DNA from: Actinomycetota bacterium
GTDB taxonomy: Bacteria; Actinomycetota; UBA4738; HRBIN12
DNA: 64,000 nt
NCBI GenBank assembly: GCA_035550775.1
Contig: DASZOO010000248.1
Location: 124-64,123 of the forward strand
Direction of reading: 5' to 3'
Shown in pieces: positions 29,859-39,857 of this stretch. The translations under genes and the position numbers were made by a program. The notes beneath the pieces are model-generated. The model was not told the DNA's origin, made no database searches, and saw nothing but the letters and a program-made list of their open reading frames with translations. Numbering within the stretch: the first letter of the stretch is position 1; each line of letters starts with the position of its first letter.

Positions 29859-30914
29859 TCAGGCCCTCGGGTGGCTCTGGTCGTAGGCCTCGAACAACCG
29901 AGCCCTCGAGACATGCGTGTAGCGCTGCGTCGTCGCGACGCTCGCGTGGCCCAGCAACTCCTGCACGGCTCGGATGTCGGCGCCCCCTTCCAACAGATGC
30001 GTGGCGAACGAGTGCCGCAGGGTGTGGGGGGTCACCCGCCGACCCGGCAGCACTGTACCGCCATATCGTTCCACCATCGTACGGATATCGCGCGAGCTGA
30101 AGGGTTTCTTCCGGCGGTTGTGGAAGAGCTCGCGGGCACCTTCCGGCGCGAGCACCGGCCGCCCGTGGCGCAGGTAGGTGTCGAGGGCCTCTGCGGCGTA
30201 GTCCGACATGGGCACCTCGCGCTCCTTGGCGCCCTTGCCCATCACGGTGACCCGGCCCCGATCGAGGTCGACGCGATCGGTCGTGAGGCCGGCGAGCTCG
30301 CCCACTCGCAACCCGGAGCCGTACATCAGCTCGAGGGCCGCGACGTCCCGCAACGCGACCGCACGCTCCACCGGTGACACGTCGGCGGTGGAGCCCCGGC
30401 GAGCCGCCGACGGCGATTCGGCCAGGGCCGCCGCTTCGCCGGGGCGCAGCACCGTCGGAAGGCGGTTCACGACCTTCGGCCGGCCGAGCAGCGACGAGGG
30501 GTCGTCGGGGACCCGCCCCTCGGAGACCGCCCACCGGAAGAACGAGTGGATAGCCGCCACCGAACGAGCGATCGAGGCGCGCGCATAGCCGAGGGTGTGT
30601 TGTTGCGCCAGGAACCGGCGCAGCAGCGGGTACGTGGCGTCGAGCAGCGACTCCTTCTGACGATGCAGGAACGTCGCGAGTCGGCTGAGATCGCGCCGAT
30701 ACGCGGCCACGGTGTGGATCGACAGATGGCGCTCGAGAGCGAGATGGGACGCGAACGCCTCGATCAGCCCGACCTCGGACGGGGGAAGCTCGTCGTCGGT
30801 ACGCACATCGTCCTTTCCTGATCGACCCACCAGGACCTGGGAAGGTGCCCGAGGCCGGACGGGCCCGGGTCGAAAGAGCGACTGTTGTCTACCAACGGCG
30901 GAAGGCCGCTGCAA
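29859..30914 (-). CDS. xerC: tyrosine recombinase XerC (start possibly internal)
   Basis: N-terminal SAM-like domain (AFASHLALERHLSIHTVAAYRRDL), catalytic R...HxxR...Y (HTLRHSFATHLL...GHASVATTQRYTHV). Confidence 0.85.
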   Translation of the reverse strand: MQRPSAVGRQQSLFRPGPVRPRAPSQVLVGRSGKDDVRTDDELPPSEVGLIEAFASHLALERHLSIHTVAAYRRDLSRLATFLHRQKESLLDATYPLLRRFLAQQHTLGYARASIARSVAAIHSFFRWAVSEGRVPDDPSSLLGRPKVVNRLPTVLRPGEAAALAESPSAARRGSTADVSPVERAVALRDVAALELMYGSGLRVGELAGLTTDRVDLDRGRVTVMGKGAKEREVPMSDYAAEALDTYLRHGRPVLAPEGARELFHNRRKKPFSSRDIRTMVERYGGTVLPGRRVTPHTLRHSFATHLLEGGADIRAVQELLGHASVATTQRYTHVSRARLFEAYDQSHPRA

Positions 30915-30938
30915 GCTCCTCGGACGCCCGAGCGGTTC

Positions 30939-32072
30939 CTACGCGTGATCGGGGCTCGGCGTGCCGGCCACACGATGCTCGTATCTGCCGCCCACGTTGC
31001 GAACGAGGCCCTTCAGCTCGAGCGTGAACAGGACGGTCGTCACGGCCGGGAGCCGAAGGCCGGTTTCGGCGGCGATGGCTTCGGGCAGGCCCGAGCCGCC
31101 GAGGGCCTCGTAGACCCGCCGCTCGTCGGCGTCGAGGCTCGGCGGTGGCTCGACCAGGAGCCTGGCCGCGTAGCCGAGATCGTCGAGCAGGTCGTCGGCT
31201 CCTCGGATCATCGTGGCGCCGTCTCGGATCAGCGCGAGCGGCACCTCTGACAGCGGGCTCGTCACCGGCCCCGGCACGGCGAACACGTCACGACCGAGGT
31301 CGAGCGCGTGGTCGACGCTGATCATCGAGCCGCTTCCGTGCGCTCCCTCGACCACGACGACGGCTCGCCCGAGGGCGGCCACGAGCCGGTTGCGAGCCGG
31401 GAACCGGAAGGGCTCGGCCACGATGCCCGGCGCGTACTCGCTCACGACGGTCCCGGACGCGCCGATGCGCTCGAGGAGCTGCGAGCTGCCTCTCGGGTAG
31501 GGAAGATCGTGCCCCGAGCCGAGCACGGCGATGCTGGCGCCGCCGACGTTGAGGGCGCCACGATGCGACGCCGCGTCGATACCTCTGGCCGCTCCGCTGA
31601 CCACGCACACGCCCGCTCCACCGAGCCCGGCCCCGATGCTCATCGCGACCTCGTTGCCGAGGGGCGAGCAGTTGCGGGCGCCCACGACCGCCACGCGGTC
31701 GGGCAGGCCCGTGAGCGGGCGGCCGGAGACGAACAGCGCGACCGGCGGATCGTGCACCAGCTCGAGGAACACCGGCAGATACTCGTCGTCGAGTGGGGTG
31801 ACGAACCGGGCACCGAGTGCGCGGGCTCGCCGGTCGATCTCTGTGGGATCGAGCCTGCGCGCCCACTCCTGGTCAGCCTCGCTGCCGGCGCGCCCTGCTC
31901 GGATCGCCGCGAGGCTCCCCTCCGCCGTGCCCTGCGCCCAGGCGAGCTCGTGCAGCTGGTAAGGCTTGATGCCGCGCAGAGCCGAGAGCACGAGCAGGGC
32001 ACCTCGCGCGCCCGGGCCGGTCGCATAACCGTCGGGGAACCCGGGCGGCACGTCGAGGGCCCGCCTGGGAAC
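30939..32072 (-). CDS. dprA: DNA processing protein DprA (start approximate; 5' part of ORF 30939..32633 is an Arg/Ser-rich artefact)
   Basis: Rossmann-like DprA core (VAVVGARNCSPLG...VVSGAARGIDAASH...), C-terminal winged helix. Probable GTG start near the comM stop. Confidence 0.7.
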   Translation of the reverse strand, partial: VPRRALDVPPGFPDGYATGPGARGALLVLSALRGIKPYQLHELAWAQGTAEGSLAAIRAGRAGSEADQEWARRLDPTEIDRRARALGARFVTPLDDEYLPVFLELVHDPPVALFVSGRPLTGLPDRVAVVGARNCSPLGNEVAMSIGAGLGGAGVCVVSGAARGIDAASHRGALNVGGASIAVLGSGHDLPYPRGSSQLLERIGASGTVVSEYAPGIVAEPFRFPARNRLVAALGRAVVVVEGAHGSGSMISVDHALDLGRDVFAVPGPVTSPLSEVPLALIRDGATMIRGADDLLDDLGYAARLLVEPPPSLDADERRVYEALGGSGLPEAIAAETGLRLPAVTTVLFTLELKGLVRNVGGRYEHRVAGTPSPDHA

Positions 32073-32097
32073 GTCGGTGCGTCGCAACGGTCGGGGG

Positions 32098-33633
32098 TCA
32101 GCCCGCACGAGCGAGCCCCTCGAGCACGACCCCGTCGCGGAACGAGAGCGCCTCGGCGACGTGTTCGGTGTCAACGACCTCGGCTGCGTCGAGGTCGGCG
32201 ATGGTGCGAGCGACTTTGATCGCGCGGTCGAACCCCCGCCCCGTGAGGGCCAGCTGGTCGACCGCAGCGCCGAGCGTCGCCTCGGCCGGGCCGGTGAGGC
32301 GCACCCGCCGCCGGGCGACCGGTCCCGGCAGGTGCGCGTTGCAGGCGAGTCCGAGCTCGCTCCACCTCGCCGATTGACGGTCGCGCGCCGCCTGCACCCT
32401 GCTGCGGATCGCGACCGACGGTTCACCGTGCTCGCTGCCCATGAGCTCGTGCTTGGTGAGCCTGGGTACCCGCAGCCGCAGGTCGATCCGGTCGAGCAGC
32501 GGACCCGAGAGCCGCTGCCGATAGTGCTCGACACGGTCGGACCGGCACCCACAGTGGCGCCGCCGATCGCCCTCGAACCCACACGGGCACGGGTTCGCGG
32601 CGGCGACCAGCGTGAACCGGGCAGGGAACTCAACCGACCCGATCGCCCTCGTCACGACGACCCTTCCGTCCTCGAGGGGTTGACGCAGTCCCTCGATGGC
32701 GTCACGCCGGAACTCGGTGAGCTCGTCGAGGAACAGGACGCCGTGGTGCGCGAGCGAGACCTCGCCCGGACGCAGGTATCCCGCTCCCCCTCCGAGCAGC
32801 CCAGGCATCGAGATCGAATGATGTGGCGCCCGGAACGGACGGGATCGCAGCACACCCCGGCCTGCGAGCAGCCCGGCCACGGAATGCAGCTGGGTCGCCT
32901 CGAGGGCTTCCTCGTGGGACAGGCTCGGCAGGATCGTGGTCATGCGCCGGGCGAGCATCGTCTTGCCGGCCCCCGGTGAGCCGATCATCAAGACGTTGTG
33001 GCCGCCGGCCGCGGCCACCTCGAGCGCCCGGCGTGCCTGCGACTGGCCGCGCACGTCGCGGAAATCGACCTCGCTGGGCCCCTCGGGCTCCGGGAAGGGA
33101 CCATCGAGCGCCGGAGGCTGCCACGTTCCCTTCAGGAAGCCGACCACCTCGGACAGGGTCGACGCTGGAACCACCTGAAGTCGGTCGACCTGGGCCGCCT
33201 CGAGCGCGTTCACGGCCGGAACGATCACGCCCTCGAGCCCGGCTCGGGCGGCCGCGATCGCGACCGACAGGATGCCGGGCGTGGGCATGAGCTCGCCCTT
33301 GAGGGACAGCTCGCCGGCGAGGGCGAACCGCGCCAGCTGCGTGACGGGAACCTGTGCGGTCGCGGCGAGCACCCCCGCCGCGATGGGAAGGTCGAGCCCG
33401 GGGCCCTCCTTCCGCAGGTTGCCGGGGGCGAGGTTCACGACGACCCGTCGCAGCGGCCACTCGAGCCTCTGGCTCTCGACCGCCGGCCGGATGCGCTCGG
33501 TGGCGTCGCGCACCGCCGCCCCGGGGAGGCCGGTGAGCGTCAGGGACGGGAGTCCGCGACCGACGTGCGCCTCGACCGTCACGAGGTGGCCCCCCACCCC
33601 GAGCACCGTGACACCGAACACCCGCCCGTACAT
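32098..33633 (-). CDS. comM: Mg-chelatase-like AAA+ ATPase ComM/YifB
   Basis: Lon-like N-terminal domain, Walker A GSPGAGKT, Walker B. Conserved next to dprA. Confidence 0.85.
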   Translation of the reverse strand: MYGRVFGVTVLGVGGHLVTVEAHVGRGLPSLTLTGLPGAAVRDATERIRPAVESQRLEWPLRRVVVNLAPGNLRKEGPGLDLPIAAGVLAATAQVPVTQLARFALAGELSLKGELMPTPGILSVAIAAARAGLEGVIVPAVNALEAAQVDRLQVVPASTLSEVVGFLKGTWQPPALDGPFPEPEGPSEVDFRDVRGQSQARRALEVAAAGGHNVLMIGSPGAGKTMLARRMTTILPSLSHEEALEATQLHSVAGLLAGRGVLRSRPFRAPHHSISMPGLLGGGAGYLRPGEVSLAHHGVLFLDELTEFRRDAIEGLRQPLEDGRVVVTRAIGSVEFPARFTLVAAANPCPCGFEGDRRRHCGCRSDRVEHYRQRLSGPLLDRIDLRLRVPRLTKHELMGSEHGEPSVAIRSRVQAARDRQSARWSELGLACNAHLPGPVARRRVRLTGPAEATLGAAVDQLALTGRGFDRAIKVARTIADLDAAEVVDTEHVAEALSFRDGVVLEGLARAG

Positions 33634-33668
33634 CGCCGCGACACTACGGTGGACCGCCTCCCGAGGCC

Positions 33669-35264
33669 GTGACGGGCGTCACCTTCGAACCGGAGGTCGG
33701 GCCGTCGCCCCCTGCTAGCCTGCCCGCCGTGACCGATCGCTTCTCCTGGAGCCCGGAGCCCGAGCTGATCGACATCCGCGACGAATCGCGCTCCCGCCCC
33801 GCCCTCGAGGCAATGGGCTCACAGACCTGGAACGAGGCGCTCGACTGGCTCTACGGCGAGGCGATGCATCGTCCGATGCATGCGCGCACCTACCCGGAGG
33901 CCCGTGAGGCCTTCTTCGGCGCCACGGGCCGACCGAGCGCCGCACCGATGTCGCCGAGCCCCTGGCGAGACGTGCTCGCGGAGTTCCGCGAGCGGGTGGC
34001 GCCGGCCACCTACAACGCCCAGCACCCGGGTTCCTTCAGCTACTTCACCCCTCCGCCGCTCCCCAGCTCGATCGCCGGCGAGCTGCTCTCGCAGTGGACC
34101 CAGCAGGGCGTCGACGTCTGGCACGCCGGTCCGATCGGTGCGTTCGTCGAGGAAGATGTCACCGCCTGGCTCCGCGACCTGGTGGGGTTCGGCCCCGATG
34201 GATGGGGCGTGCTCACGAGCGGCGGCGTGGTGGCCAACCTCATGGCGATGACCGTCGCCCGCGACGTGTGGTTGAGGAAGCTCCGCGGCACCCCCGGCGC
34301 CCCCCGCGGAGGCGACCTCGAGGGCGTGCGCGTCTACGCGAGCGACCAGGCCCACTTCTCGATCGCCCGGGCACTGGGCGTGCTCGGCTTCCCCGACGAG
34401 ACGCTCGTGGTGATCGACAGCGACGAGCGGTTCCGGCTGCAGGCGGCCCCGGTTGCCGAGGCGATCGAGCGCGACCGCGGCCACGGACTCACCCCGCTGG
34501 CGATCGCCGCCGTGGCGGGTTCGACCAACACCGGCTCCGTGGACGACACGCCGGGGTTGGCCGAGGTCGCCGAGCGAGAGGGCGTGTGGCTCCACGTCGA
34601 CGCCGCTTACGGGGGCGGCGCACGGCTCTCACGCCGCGACGCGCACCGGGTGCCCGGTCTCGAGCGCGCCGACAGCGTCACGGTCGATCCCCACAAGTGG
34701 TTCTTCCAGGCCTACGACATCGGCGGGCTCATCGTCAGGCGTCGTGAGGACCTGCTGACCACGTTCCATCGCGCTCCGGAGTACTACGCGTCGAACCGGC
34801 CCGAGGACGAGCCGCTCGACTGGTACCAGTACTCGCTCGAGGGCACTCGCCGGCTGCGGGCCCTCAAGCTCTGGATGAGCTGGAAGCAGCTGGGCACCGA
34901 CGGGCTCGGAGCGCTGATCGAGCAGAACGACGATCTCGCCGCCTACCTGGCCGATCGCTGCAACGCCGAGCCCGATCTCGAGTCGATGCCCCACCGGCCG
35001 GAGCTGTCGGTGGTCTGCTTCCGCCACATCCCGGCCGGTCTCGAGGATCGGTCCGAGGAGGCGCTGAACACGTACCAGGGCCGGCTGCAGCGCGCGCTCG
35101 AGGTCAGCGGCGATGCATGGGTGAGCGTGACGACGCTCCGCGGACGCACGTTCCTGCGCGCGGGGATCGTGAACTACCTCTCGACGCGGCAGGACGTGGA
35201 CCGCCTGCTCGATGCGCTCCGTCGGCTCTCGGTCGATGTGCTCGCGGAGCTCGACCTGACCTGA
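33669..35264 (+). CDS. group II pyridoxal-phosphate-dependent amino-acid decarboxylase (DDC/GAD/DesA-like)
   Basis: PLP-lysine motif VTVDPHKWFFQ, fold-type I core. Inserted between comM and yraN on the opposite strand. Confidence 0.75.
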   Translation: MTGVTFEPEVGPSPPASLPAVTDRFSWSPEPELIDIRDESRSRPALEAMGSQTWNEALDWLYGEAMHRPMHARTYPEAREAFFGATGRPSAAPMSPSPWRDVLAEFRERVAPATYNAQHPGSFSYFTPPPLPSSIAGELLSQWTQQGVDVWHAGPIGAFVEEDVTAWLRDLVGFGPDGWGVLTSGGVVANLMAMTVARDVWLRKLRGTPGAPRGGDLEGVRVYASDQAHFSIARALGVLGFPDETLVVIDSDERFRLQAAPVAEAIERDRGHGLTPLAIAAVAGSTNTGSVDDTPGLAEVAEREGVWLHVDAAYGGGARLSRRDAHRVPGLERADSVTVDPHKWFFQAYDIGGLIVRRREDLLTTFHRAPEYYASNRPEDEPLDWYQYSLEGTRRLRALKLWMSWKQLGTDGLGALIEQNDDLAAYLADRCNAEPDLESMPHRPELSVVCFRHIPAGLEDRSEEALNTYQGRLQRALEVSGDAWVSVTTLRGRTFLRAGIVNYLSTRQDVDRLLDALRRLSVDVLAELDLT

Positions 35265-35579
35265 CCGGGGCCGTGAACGTCTAGCGCGACCGGCGGAGCC
35301 GGCGGCGAGGTCGTTCCTCGGCCTTGCTGAGGACCGAGGTCTGGAGCTCGAGCACGTCGACGCCCTCGATCTCCCGGCCCTCGACGCGATGGCGAAGTCC
35401 GGTGTTGTCCCACGGCCGACGGATCGGTCGGACGTCGGCAGGTTCGGGTCGGTGGCTGCGCATGAGGCGATGCTAGGAGGGTAGCGGTCCGGCGCGCCAC
35501 GGCCGGACGGCGGCGAAGCGTCGGCCCGACGGGGGCCTCCCGGGTCGTCCGATCGGTCTAGGTCACTCGCAGCGTTCCG

Positions 35580-35951
35580 TCAGAAGGCGTCTTCGAACAG
35601 CTCCACGTCGATGACGCCGACGGCGCCATGCCCCGGACGGACCGACACGCTCGCGACGTCGAAGCGCACGACAGCCGTGCCGGCCGCGTGGGTCAGCAAG
35701 AACACCTCGGCCAACGAGCGCAGCTTGCGTCGTTTCCTCGCGTCGACCGCCTCGAAGCCCCCTCCGAGCCGGGACCCGCGCCGCGTCTTCACCTCGCAGA
35801 ACACGATCACGTCGCGACGTCGGAGCACCAGATCGATCTCGCCCAGGCTGCACCGCCAGTTGCGTGCCACCACCGTGAAACCACGCCGAAGGTAGAGGTC
35901 GAGGGCGGCTCGTTCGCCGCGAGCGCCCAGGGTGAGCCGCACATCGGGCAT
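35580..35951 (-). CDS. yraN: YraN/UPF0102 family (putative endonuclease)
   Basis: GERAALDLYLRRGFTVVARNWRCSLGEIDLV...FCEVKTR motif. Confidence 0.7.
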   Translation of the reverse strand: MPDVRLTLGARGERAALDLYLRRGFTVVARNWRCSLGEIDLVLRRRDVIVFCEVKTRRGSRLGGGFEAVDARKRRKLRSLAEVFLLTHAAGTAVVRFDVASVSVRPGHGAVGVIDVELFEDAF

Positions 35952-36001
35952 GCCGCGACGCTACGCACCGGGTACGACATCAGCCGGTTCGAACAGGGGC
36001 G

Positions 36002-36319
36002 TTAGGGAGCGGCGGGCGTATCGGGGATCGTCGTCGGCTCGTCACGCTTGGAGAGCTCCTCGACGTTCACGTCGCGCCTGGTCATCACCCGGACGCTGGC
36101 GACGAACCGAGCCGGACGGAACATGTCCCACACCCATGCGTCGGTGAGCTCCACCCTGACCCACCCTTCGTCGAGCGGGGTGAGCTCGACCTGGTTCGCG
36201 AGGTAGAAGCGCCGTTCCGTCTCGATCACGTAGGTGAACATGGGGAGCACGTCTCGGTACTCCCGGTAGAGCTCGAGCTCGCGTTCCTCTTCGAACCGTT
36301 CGATGTCGTCGTCGCTCAT
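36002..36319 (-). CDS. DUF2469 family protein (Rv2901c-like)
   Basis: MSDDDIERFEEERELELYREYRDV N-terminus. True start is internal to ORF 36002..36445. Confidence 0.7.
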   Translation of the reverse strand: MSDDDIERFEEERELELYREYRDVLPMFTYVIETERRFYLANQVELTPLDEGWVRVELTDAWVWDMFRPARFVASVRVMTRRDVNVEELSKRDEPTTIPDTPAAP

Positions 36320-36332
36320 CGTTCCCAGCTTC

Positions 36333-36983
36333 TCACGCCCGGGCGTCGGCCTCATCGGGGGACGTGAACGCATGCTCCGCGCCGGCGAACAGCGAGGGCT
36401 GCGCGCAGGGAGCGAACGACAGGCGATGCACGGCGCTCGGCCCATGGCGTTCGAGCGCCTCGAGATGCTCGGGGGTGCCGTACCCCTTGTTGTGATCGAA
36501 ACCGAAGGCCGGATAGCGCTTGTGCAGCCTGCGCATGATGCGGTCCCGCGTGACCTTGGCCACGATCGACGCCGCAGCCACGCTCACGCTGACCGCGTCC
36601 CCTTTCTTCACGCCGATCGACGGACAAGGGATGCGCGGCACCGGGAACCCGTCGGTCAACACGTAATCGGGCTCGAGCGCCTTCGCCGCCCGGCGCAACA
36701 GCGCGATGTTCGACCGATGCAACCCGCGGGTGTCGATGGCCCCCGGCTCCGCCTTGCACGCGATCCACGATGCGCGTTCGACGATGCGGGCATAGGCGCC
36801 TTCGCGTTGGCCCTCGCTCAGCAGCTTCGAGTCGTTGATCCCGTCGATCTCGAAGTCGTCGGGCAGGATCACCGCGGCGGCCACGAGCGGCCCCGCGAGC
36901 GCGCCTCGCCCGGCCTCGTCGGCACCGGCGATCCGCTCGAACCCCTGCGCGGCCAGCAGCCGTTCGTATCGATCCATCGTCAC
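36333..36983 (-). CDS. rnhB: ribonuclease HII
   Basis: AGADEAGRGALAGPLVAAAVIL, DSK motifs. Confidence 0.9.
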   Translation of the reverse strand: MTMDRYERLLAAQGFERIAGADEAGRGALAGPLVAAAVILPDDFEIDGINDSKLLSEGQREGAYARIVERASWIACKAEPGAIDTRGLHRSNIALLRRAAKALEPDYVLTDGFPVPRIPCPSIGVKKGDAVSVSVAAASIVAKVTRDRIMRRLHKRYPAFGFDHNKGYGTPEHLEALERHGPSAVHRLSFAPCAQPSLFAGAEHAFTSPDEADARA

Positions 36984-36996
36984 CGCTTCCGCGTCC

Positions 36997-37653
36997 TCAC
37001 CGCAGCAACCCGATCCTCGAGGGCGGCCAGACCCGCAGGAAGGCCACCCCGATCACCTTGTCGACCGGCACGAGGCCGGTGCACTCGGGGGGATCGCAGC
37101 GGGAATCGCCCGAGTTCCCCCGATTGTCGCCGAGCACGAACAGCATGCCATCCGGCACGGTCGTGGGTGGGAAGTCCTGCCGGGGCACCGGCTGGCGGAG
37201 GTAGGGCTCCTCGACCAGCCGCCCGTTCACGAACAGCTGCCCGGCACGATCGATCTCGACGGTGTCGCCCGGCAGTCCGGCCACGCGCTTCACGAAGTCC
37301 TCGTGGGGCGGATCGGCGACGCCGAGGGTCTCACCGAGCCAGTGCAGGGCACCGCCGACGATGCCCCGGTCGGGCGACGCGCCGTCCTGCCCCTCGAACA
37401 CGATCACGTCGCCACGGTCGACCTGGTCGAGGCGAACACAGAAGCGACAGACGATGATCCGGTCTCCCTCGAGCAGCGTCGGGGCCATCGACGCCGAGGG
37501 AATGGAGAACGCCTGCACCACGAAGAGCTTGAGGGCGATCGCCAGCACGATGGCCACTCCGACGAGGACCGGGAGCTCGCGCCAGTGGCTCCGTCGGTGC
37601 GCTTGGGATGGGGAGGCGGTGGGCTCGGCGGATCGAGGCGGCCCATCGGCCAC
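36997..37653 (-). CDS. lepB: signal peptidase I
   Basis: S26 catalytic Ser (SIPSASMAPTL) and Lys boxes. N-terminal TM. Confidence 0.85.
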   Translation of the reverse strand: MADGPPRSAEPTASPSQAHRRSHWRELPVLVGVAIVLAIALKLFVVQAFSIPSASMAPTLLEGDRIIVCRFCVRLDQVDRGDVIVFEGQDGASPDRGIVGGALHWLGETLGVADPPHEDFVKRVAGLPGDTVEIDRAGQLFVNGRLVEEPYLRQPVPRQDFPPTTVPDGMLFVLGDNRGNSGDSRCDPPECTGLVPVDKVIGVAFLRVWPPSRIGLLR

Positions 37654-37656
37654 GGA

Positions 37657-38229
37657 TCAGGCCTCGGCCTTCTCCTCGACGGCGGCCTCCGCCTCGTCAG
37701 CCGCGGCCTCCGCGTCGACCTCGTCGGCCTCGGGGAACCCGACGGCCTCGGCCGCGTCGTCGTTCAGGGGCTCCTGGGCCTCAGCGGCCTCCGCAGCCTC
37801 GTCGACGGATCCCTCGGCCTCCTCCTCGGCCGCCTCGGCCGCGGCTCGGGCGGCGGCGGCCTCCATCGCCGCGAGCTTCGCGTCGTCGATGCGACGCTCC
37901 TTGATGCGGGCCTTCTTGCCTCGAAGCTCGCGCAGGTAGTAGAGCTTCGCACGGCGCACCTGTCCGCGGCTCACGACCTCGAGTTTCGCGATCGACGGCG
38001 AGTGCACCGGGAACGTGCGCTCGACGCCGACGCCGAACGAGATCTTCCGGACCGTGAACGTCTCGCGCAAGCCGCCGTTCTGGCGACCGATCACGACGCC
38101 CTGGAAGACCTGCACGCGCTCGCGACTGCCCTCGACCACCCGGACGTGCACCTTGACGGTGTCGCCGGGGCGGAACTCCGGGATGTCGCTGCGCAGGTAG
38201 GACTGCTCGATCGCGTCGGTCTTGTTCAT
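37657..38229 (-). CDS. rplS: 50S ribosomal protein L19 with about 75-aa acidic Ala-rich C-terminal tail
   Basis: [13 protein letters not shown]...[19 protein letters not shown] core, then in-frame EAAE-rich extension to the stop at 37657. Confidence 0.85.
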   Translation of the reverse strand: MNKTDAIEQSYLRSDIPEFRPGDTVKVHVRVVEGSRERVQVFQGVVIGRQNGGLRETFTVRKISFGVGVERTFPVHSPSIAKLEVVSRGQVRRAKLYYLRELRGKKARIKERRIDDAKLAAMEAAAARAAAEAAEEEAEGSVDEAAEAAEAQEPLNDDAAEAVGFPEADEVDAEAAADEAEAAVEEKAEA

Positions 38230-38299
38230 GGCAACGGCCGACGAGTGTACCAGCGGTCCTCCAGCGCCCCGCCCGGGCGGTGTGGTGCTCGCGTGACGT

Positions 38300-38995
38300 T
38301 CACGCGCTCGGGTGGGACCGGTTCGGTGGCGACAGGTCGGGACGGTTGTGGCGCGTCTTCCGACGGGCGGCCTCACGACGCCAGGCGTCGATCTCGGCGT
38401 GGTTCCCACCCAAGAGCACGTCGGGCACGGCCATGCCACGGAACTCCCGAGGACGCGTGTAGTGGGGGTGGTCGAGCAGGCCGAGCTCGCCGAAGGAATC
38501 CTGCTCGTGTGAGGCTTCCCGCCCGATCACTCCGGGCACGAGGCGGGTCACGGCCTCGATCAACACGAGCGCCGGCAACTCCCCGCCGGACACCACGTAG
38601 TCGCCGATCGAGACCTCCTCGGCAGGCAGCCCCTCGGCGACGCGCTCGTCGACGCCCTCGTAACGGCCGCAGAGCAGGGTGAGGTGGGCCTCCCCCGCCA
38701 GCTCTCGTACGAACGGCTGGTCGAGGCGCCGCCCGGCCGGCGAGAGCAGGATCACCCGGCCCCGATCGGGGTCGAGGGATTCGACGGCCTGGAACCAGAC
38801 GTCGGGACGCATCACCATGCCCGGCCCGCCCCCGAACGGGGTGTCGTCGACCGACCGATGGGGGTCGTCGGTGTGCTCACGCAGGTCGTGCACGCGCACC
38901 TCGATCACGCCCGCCTCGACCGCTTTGCCCAACAAGCTCGCGTGCAGCGGTCCCGACACCAGCTCGGGGAAGATCGTGATCACGTCGATCAGCAC
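38300..38995 (-). CDS. trmD: tRNA (guanine37-N1)-methyltransferase
   Basis: [11 protein letters not shown]... SPOUT knot motifs. Likely GTG start (ORF 5' extension is an Arg-rich artefact). Confidence 0.85.
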   Translation of the reverse strand: MLIDVITIFPELVSGPLHASLLGKAVEAGVIEVRVHDLREHTDDPHRSVDDTPFGGGPGMVMRPDVWFQAVESLDPDRGRVILLSPAGRRLDQPFVRELAGEAHLTLLCGRYEGVDERVAEGLPAEEVSIGDYVVSGGELPALVLIEAVTRLVPGVIGREASHEQDSFGELGLLDHPHYTRPREFRGMAVPDVLLGGNHAEIDAWRREAARRKTRHNRPDLSPPNRSHPSA

Positions 38996-39104
38996 GCGTC
39001 GGAGGCTACCGCGCCGGCACGCCACGGCTGACGGAGGCTGCCGCCCCTCGATGCGTCGGCTGGAGGGCTGTGTTCGGGGTCGCGCCTCGAGAAGGTCGCT
39101 CGGG

Positions 39105-39620
39105 TCAGTCGGTCTCGGGAGCCGTGAGCCCCGCCACATCGCGCACGAGGATCCGCCGTGCGGTGAGGTCGACCTCCACGACCACCTCGCGGATCGCCGG
39201 CACGAGCGTCTCGGTCCCATCGGGAGCGCGGGCGACCCACAGATCGTTCGCCGGGTTGGCGATCACCTCCGACACGGCGCCGAGCCCCCGCCCCGACTCG
39301 GTCACGACCTCGCATCCCTCGAGCTGGAACGGCCAGTACTCGCCGTCGGGAAGCTCCGGCAGCGAGGACTCCGGCACGACGAGCAGCTCGCCCCGGAGCG
39401 ACTCCGCGCCCGATCGGTCCACGACGCCCTCGAACGCGACGAGCAGACGTGCGCCGTGACGGTGCGACCGAGCGATCGTGAGGCGCCGGCCGGAGGTCAG
39501 GAACAGCTCCGCGCCGGCGGAGAAGCGGTCCGGGTTGTCCGTGCGGACCTCGACGGCGACCTCGCCCCGGATGCCGTGCGCCCTGGTGACGTGACCGACG
39601 ACGACGGTCGACTCGGGCAC
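39105..39620 (-). CDS. rimM: 16S rRNA processing protein RimM
   Basis: VVGHVTRAHGIRGEV...PRC-barrel C-terminus. GTG start overlapping the stop of the KH-domain gene. Confidence 0.8.
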   Translation of the reverse strand: MPESTVVVGHVTRAHGIRGEVAVEVRTDNPDRFSAGAELFLTSGRRLTIARSHRHGARLLVAFEGVVDRSGAESLRGELLVVPESSLPELPDGEYWPFQLEGCEVVTESGRGLGAVSEVIANPANDLWVARAPDGTETLVPAIREVVVEVDLTARRILVRDVAGLTAPETD

Positions 39621-39621
39621 C

Positions 39622-39852
39622 TCAGTCGGCGATGTCGACGTAGGCGTTGGTTCCCTGCCGCGTCGCGGCCGCGCGAACGACCGCCCTGATGGCCTTGGCG
39701 GTGCGCCCACCCTTGCCGATGACCTTGCCCATGTCGTCGGGCGCGACGCGCACCGTGAACCGCAGGCCGCGGTCGTCCTCGGATTCGGTGACCTCGACGG
39801 CGTCGGGATCGTCGACGAGCTCGGAGACGATGAAGTCGACGAGCTCTCGCAT
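39622..39852 (-). CDS. KH-domain RNA-binding protein (Rv2908c/KhpA-like)
   Basis: VIGKGGRTAKAIR GXXG KH motif. Located between rpsP and rimM. Confidence 0.75.
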   Translation of the reverse strand: MRELVDFIVSELVDDPDAVEVTESEDDRGLRFTVRVAPDDMGKVIGKGGRTAKAIRAVVRAAATRQGTNAYVDIAD

Positions 39853-39857
39853 CGTCG

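Noticed and set aside
29859-30914. xerC as a mobile-element marker
   Set aside because: Chromosomal XerC in conserved synteny next to dprA and comM. No flanking repeats, integrase-associated cargo or transposase. It is the dimer-resolution recombinase.
30939-32633. Long 5' extension of the dprA ORF (first 190 codons), and similar extensions on pyrH, trmD, rimM, DUF2469, coaD, rplS, dxr, pncA and tlpA ORFs
   Set aside because: The extensions are Arg/Ser/Pro-rich and overlap upstream genes. Family-typical N-termini and internal start codons (often GTG with a Shine-Dalgarno) define shorter genes.
35281-35463. 60-aa minus-strand ORF in the decarboxylase–yraN intergenic region
   Set aside because: Arg-rich, with no Shine-Dalgarno or homology signal. 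The plus-strand frame there looks more protein-like, so it is reported only as a low-interest finding.
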